Shown here piece after piece: positions 60,283 to 64,000 of a stretch of DNA of 64,000 bases (positions within the stretch are counted from its first letter, which is position 1; every line of letters begins with the position of its first letter). Made by a program: the position numbers and the translations under genes. Location of the stretch: sequence record OK331996.1. One strand, 5' to 3'. This DNA is from Escherichia phage vB_EcoM-G157lw. Under the pieces are notes generated by a model that was given only the letters and a program-made list of their open reading frames with translations, was not told the DNA's origin and searched no databases.

Positions 60283-60447
60283 ATGAAAACATATAAAGAA
60301 TTTATTAAAGAAGATATGGTAGCTGGAGATTCAGGTGGTAATCCTGAAAATATCTCTACTGGAACAACGTCAGGCGCTGTAGTAAATAAAGGTCCTGAAC
60401 AGATTCCTAAAAAGAAGAAAGAGGAATCTAAAGAAAAAGAAGAGTAA
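60283..60447 (+). CDS. small protein (61.1 position), 54 aa, CTS-like N-terminus
   Basis: MKTYKEFIKE...; TAATATG coupling upstream, ends 2 nt before gene 61. Confidence 0.45.
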   Translation: MKTYKEFIKEDMVAGDSGGNPENISTGTTSGAVVNKGPEQIPKKKKEESKEKEE

Positions 60448-60449
60448 AA

Positions 60450-61478
60450 ATGTCATCAATACCTTGGATTGATAATGAGTTTGCGTATCGTGCATTAGCT
60501 CATTTACCTAAATTCACACAAGTAAATAATAGTTCAACTTTTAAATTGCGGTTTAGATGCCCTGTTTGTGGAGATTCAAAAACCGATCAGAATAAAGCTC
60601 GTGGATGGTATTATGGTGATAATAATGAAGGAAATATTCATTGTTATAACTGTAACTATCATGCACCAATCGGAATATATTTAAAGGAGTTTGAACCCGA
60701 TTTATATCGTGAGTATATCTTTGAAATAAGAAAAGAAAAAGGTAAAAGTCGTCCAGTAGAAAAACCTAAAGAACTTCCTAAACAACCTGAGAAGAAAATA
60801 ATTAAATCTCTTCCGTCGTGTGTTAGATTAGATAAACTGGCGGAAGACCATCCAATTATAAAATATGTAAAAGCTCGTTGTATTCCAAAGGATAAATGGA
60901 AATATCTTTGGTTTACAACCGAATGGCCTAAATTAGTTAATAGCATAGCACCGGGAACATACAAAAAGGAAATTTCTGAGCCTCGTCTTGTTATTCCAAT
61001 TTATAATGCTAATGGAAAAGCTGAGTCTTTTCAAGGACGTGCATTAAAGAAAGATGCTCCTCAAAAATATATCACCATTAAAGCTTATCCTGAGGCAACA
61101 AAAATATATGGAGTCGAACGAGTTAAAGATGGCGATGTATATGTTCTAGAAGGACCTATAGATTCACTTTTTATTGAAAATGGTATAGCTATTACGGGTG
61201 GTCAATTAGACCTAGAAGTTGTTCCATTTAAAGATAGGCGTGTGTGGGTCTTAGATAATGAACCTCGTCATCCTGACACTATTAAGCGAATGACTAAATT
61301 AGTTGATGCAGGAGAAAGGGTTATGTTTTGGGATAAATCTCCCTGGAAATCAAAAGATGTTAATGATATGATTAGAAAGGAAGGTGCAACCCCTGAACAA
61401 ATTATGGAATATATGAAAAATAATATTGCCCAGGGGTTGATGGCTAAAATGCGGCTATCTAAATATGCTAAGATTTAA
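60450..61478 (+). CDS. 61: DNA primase gp61, 342 aa
   Basis: Zn-ribbon CPVCGDS...CYNC plus TOPRIM-like region; size matches T4 gp61. Confidence 0.9.
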   Translation: MSSIPWIDNEFAYRALAHLPKFTQVNNSSTFKLRFRCPVCGDSKTDQNKARGWYYGDNNEGNIHCYNCNYHAPIGIYLKEFEPDLYREYIFEIRKEKGKSRPVEKPKELPKQPEKKIIKSLPSCVRLDKLAEDHPIIKYVKARCIPKDKWKYLWFTTEWPKLVNSIAPGTYKKEISEPRLVIPIYNANGKAESFQGRALKKDAPQKYITIKAYPEATKIYGVERVKDGDVYVLEGPIDSLFIENGIAITGGQLDLEVVPFKDRRVWVLDNEPRHPDTIKRMTKLVDAGERVMFWDKSPWKSKDVNDMIRKEGATPEQIMEYMKNNIAQGLMAKMRLSKYAKI

Positions 61479-61675
61479 ATTAACCCAACTAAAGCAAATG
61501 CTAAATCTACAAATGTATCAAGAGTAACTACTGGAATATTAATACCATGCGCAATTGCAACAGGTGATAGAATAAAGTTCCAGAGTAAAATTCCTACCAT
61601 AGCAGAAATAGTAAAAGCTATACGTTTTTTATTACCTTTTATGGCATTAACAAGTGCCATTAATTTTTGTACCAT
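61475..61675 (-). CDS. small hydrophobic protein on the opposite strand, 66 aa
   Basis: Strong SD AAGGAGG 5 nt upstream of ATG on minus strand; two hydrophobic segments; convergent with gene 61. Confidence 0.5.
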   Translation of the reverse strand: MVQKLMALVNAIKGNKKRIAFTISAMVGILLWNFILSPVAIAHGINIPVVTLDTFVDLAFALVGLI

Positions 61676-61748
61676 ATGTCCTCCTTATTGCTTTATATAT
61701 TTATTGTATAATTAATCTACTAATCCATGAATTGAAAGGAAAAATAAC

Positions 61749-62267
61749 ATGCCACATTTCAACGAATGTAGTCAACTGATCGAAGGCGCTGATAAAGCTC
61801 AAAATGAATATTGGGATATTCTCGGTGATGAAAAAGACCCGCTGCAGGTAATGCTTGACATGCAGAAATCTCTGCAAATTCGTTTAGCTAAAGATAAACC
61901 TGAATATAATCGTCATCCTGATGACTTGGCTACTGCCGGTGAAGTTGTTGATTGGTTGCGTAATCAGAAAGATTATATTGACGATGAATTCCGTGAACTT
62001 CTGACTTCTCTTGGTGGTATGAGTAATGGTGAAAAAGACGCATCTGCTGTATGGAAACCTTGGAAGTCGCAGCATGGTGAACGTCGTGAAACTCTGATTA
62101 CTGATTTGTCTCCACAAGACCAACTGGAAATTAAATTTGAAATGATTGATATTCTCCATTTCGTTCTGAATATGTTCCAAGGTCTTGGTCTTACAGCAGA
62201 AGAAATCTTTAAACTTTATTATCTGAAAAATGCCGAGAACTTTGCTCGTCAGGACCGAGGTTATTAA
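61749..62267 (+). CDS. 56: dCTP pyrophosphatase gp56, 172 aa
   Basis: HFNEC..LIEG.DKAQNEYWDILGDEKDPLQVMLDMQ matches recalled T4 gp56. Confidence 0.85.
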   Translation: MPHFNECSQLIEGADKAQNEYWDILGDEKDPLQVMLDMQKSLQIRLAKDKPEYNRHPDDLATAGEVVDWLRNQKDYIDDEFRELLTSLGGMSNGEKDASAVWKPWKSQHGERRETLITDLSPQDQLEIKFEMIDILHFVLNMFQGLGLTAEEIFKLYYLKNAENFARQDRGY

Positions 62268-62409
62268 TGTCTCGTTTAAATAAACGTCAACTCAAAAAGT
62301 TGAATAAGAAAAGGGCGAAGGCCCTTACTGCTTTATTACGTAATGAAATAACTAAAGAAATAGACCAAGAGATTATTGAACAACTCTGGAAAGCCGCTAA
62401 ATTGTAAGT

Positions 62410-62417
62410 TATAAATA
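62410..62417 (+). promoter_or_regulatory. T4-type late promoter TATAAATA for soc
   Basis: Exact TATAAATA about 30 nt upstream of soc. Confidence 0.6.
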
Positions 62418-62448
62418 CACCTGTAATTAAACAATAAAGGAGTTTATT

Positions 62449-62685
62449 ATGGGTGGTTTCGTTAACATCAAGACCTTTACTCATCCAGCAGGTGAAGGCA
62501 AAGAAGTTAAAGGTATGGAAGTTTCTGTTCCGTTTGAAATCTATTCTAACGAGCATCGTATTGCAGATTCTCATTATCAGACCTTTCCTTCTGAAAAGGC
62601 GGCATATTCTACTGTAGTTTCTGATGCAGCTGACTGGAAAACTAAGAATGCTGCGATGTTTACGCCCACAGAAATAGGTGGTTAA
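62449..62685 (+). CDS. soc: small outer capsid protein Soc, 78 aa
   Basis: Central HYQTFPSEKAAYSTV block matches T4 Soc. Confidence 0.8.
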   Translation: MGGFVNIKTFTHPAGEGKEVKGMEVSVPFEIYSNEHRIADSHYQTFPSEKAAYSTVVSDAADWKTKNAAMFTPTEIGG

Positions 62686-62693
62686 TAATTCAA

Positions 62694-62717
62694 GGACTCC
62701 TTCGGGAGTCCTTTTTT
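62694..62717 (+). terminator. intrinsic terminator
   Basis: ggactccttcgggagtcc followed by tttttt. Confidence 0.7.
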
Positions 62718-62719
62718 CA

Positions 62720-62762
62720 TTTAAATAGTTTACTTTCCAAAATGAGTATGGTATAATAGAAT
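62720..62762 (+). promoter_or_regulatory. T4-type early promoter
   Basis: taGTTTACtttccaaaatgagtatggTATAAT. Confidence 0.6.
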
Positions 62763-62783
62763 TATCTTATAGAGGAGAGCACT

Positions 62784-62990
62784 ATGTTAAATCGTTGGAT
62801 TAAACCAAATGAAGATTTAGATATTATCATTTCACGGCATGTAATGAAGAAATATGAACTGTAGCCATGGTCCACAGAAGTTGTTGTGCATTCATTTATG
62901 ATGTACGCAGATGGTTCTGTCGAATTTAATGCAGAGATTCGATATGATTATGACGATAAGCAAGTCGAATTCAAAAGAGGCTTTTTGTAA
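62784..62990 (+). pseudogene. 68-codon ORF interrupted by an in-frame TAG at 62862-62864
   Basis: ATG after AGAGGAGAG; frame stays open through the TAG to TAA at 62988, which overlaps the next ATG. Confidence 0.4.
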
Positions 62991-63331
62991 TGTTTATCTT
63001 TAATTGGTTTAAAAATTTCTTTACGGATTTTTTCTCTACGACTCCTGGAGAAGGTGTAGTTCCTATTTCAAATGACTACCTTCCTTTAACTGTAGTTGAG
63101 TATGTTTATATGGGAGATGGAACAGTAGAAGCAGTTACTATGACTTATGAAGAAGCCCAAGAATATTATAAAAATCCTTGGCGCTGGTCAGTACCTACTA
63201 CATCATCTAACGTACAGAATACACAGTCTAGTTCTGATTCATATGATACTAATGTTCCTGTTCATGTATGGACGGGCGATTCATGTGGAAGTTCTTGTGA
63301 TTCTAGTTGTTCATCTACATCTTGTGATTGA
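62990..63331 (+). CDS. hypothetical protein with Ser/Cys-rich C-terminus, 113 aa
   Basis: Track ORF. Confidence 0.55.
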   Translation: MFIFNWFKNFFTDFFSTTPGEGVVPISNDYLPLTVVEYVYMGDGTVEAVTMTYEEAQEYYKNPWRWSVPTTSSNVQNTQSSSDSYDTNVPVHVWTGDSCGSSCDSSCSSTSCD

Positions 63332-63339
63332 GGAAAATT

Positions 63340-63825
63340 ATGGAAGCGATTTTGTTTGAAATGTATATTAGCAGTAATAGCATGTCGTTTGCTAAAGATG
63401 TTCCAATTACTGTAGCAGTAATGATTGATAAGGGTTATTGTGACCCAATGTATCTCGTAAAAAAATTCGTTTCAATGCCAGTTCCAGAAGATGCTGAAAT
63501 AAAACTTAAAAAGATTGGTATTATTGAAACTGTACAAAATATTCCATTTAGAGCAATTGAAGCATTTACTAAATCAGAATACATTAATGTTAACACAGAA
63601 AAATATAATGATGAACCTTTATCTTTTTATTCATATGATTCAGCATATAGTTGGGAAATAGATAAAGGAAATAAGTTTATAATTGTGGACGAAGATGCTT
63701 TATCATATTTTATTACTTCTTTATGGAATAATTTAAATCCAAATTTGCTAAAAATTCATGAATTTGACGGTGTCCATACTATTGTTTTAGGTAAAATAAA
63801 TGAAAGCTCTCAAGAAGATTCTTGA
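63340..63825 (+). CDS. hypothetical protein, 161 aa
   Basis: ATG after TGAGGAAAAT; track ORF starts 4 codons upstream. Confidence 0.55.
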   Translation: MEAILFEMYISSNSMSFAKDVPITVAVMIDKGYCDPMYLVKKFVSMPVPEDAEIKLKKIGIIETVQNIPFRAIEAFTKSEYINVNTEKYNDEPLSFYSYDSAYSWEIDKGNKFIIVDEDALSYFITSLWNNLNPNLLKIHEFDGVHTIVLGKINESSQEDS

Positions 63826-64000
63826 ATGGTTCAATAGACCAAACTCAATGTATATTGATGATGGTTGGGTTGAACAAGCAAATAAAGAAATGCAGAACGA
63901 GTCAGAAGAATGGATGAAATCAATGATTAGTGCTGAGAAAGAAAAGAAATTAGAACGCTCAAGCGCTTAAATTGATGAGAGACATCTATGGTGATAAATC

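Overview
This window is a contiguous segment of a T4-like (T-even, Tequatrovirus-type) myovirus genome, shown in the opposite orientation to the conventional T4 map. It opens in baseplate hub genes on the minus strand (5.4, 5, 53), then runs on the plus strand through 4-2-3-1-57A-57B-ipI, an 11-gene tRNA cluster, the e/nudE lysozyme region, regB, tk, rI, a 12-kb block of unknown ORFs, nrdC, pin, 49, nrdD (no intron), nrdG, 55, alpha-gt, 47, 46, rpbA, 45, 44, 62, regA, 43, imm, 42, a non-T4-type glycosyltransferase, uvsX, 40, 41, dmd, sp, 61, 56 and soc. Gene names are assigned from my recollection of T4 protein sequences and gene order; nothing was database-verified. Regulation looks T4-like throughout: early promoters with a GTTTAC -35, TATAAATA late promoters, and many UUCG-tetraloop terminators. 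The backbone is ordinary; the accessory content sits in hyperplastic gaps. The best candidates for something undescribed are (1) four tandem paralogous coiled-coil-tailed proteins at 28.4-32.4 kb, (2) capsid-targeting-sequence proteins, one of them in a cassette flanked by direct-repeat terminators, (3) a nucleotidyltransferase-fold protein next to an AAA ATPase at 24.2-26.3 kb, and (4) a tandem array of small membrane-protein paralogs at 12.0-13.8 kb. All four are structural inferences with no functional evidence, and some may simply be the function-unknown e.x / nrdC.x ORFs of T4.
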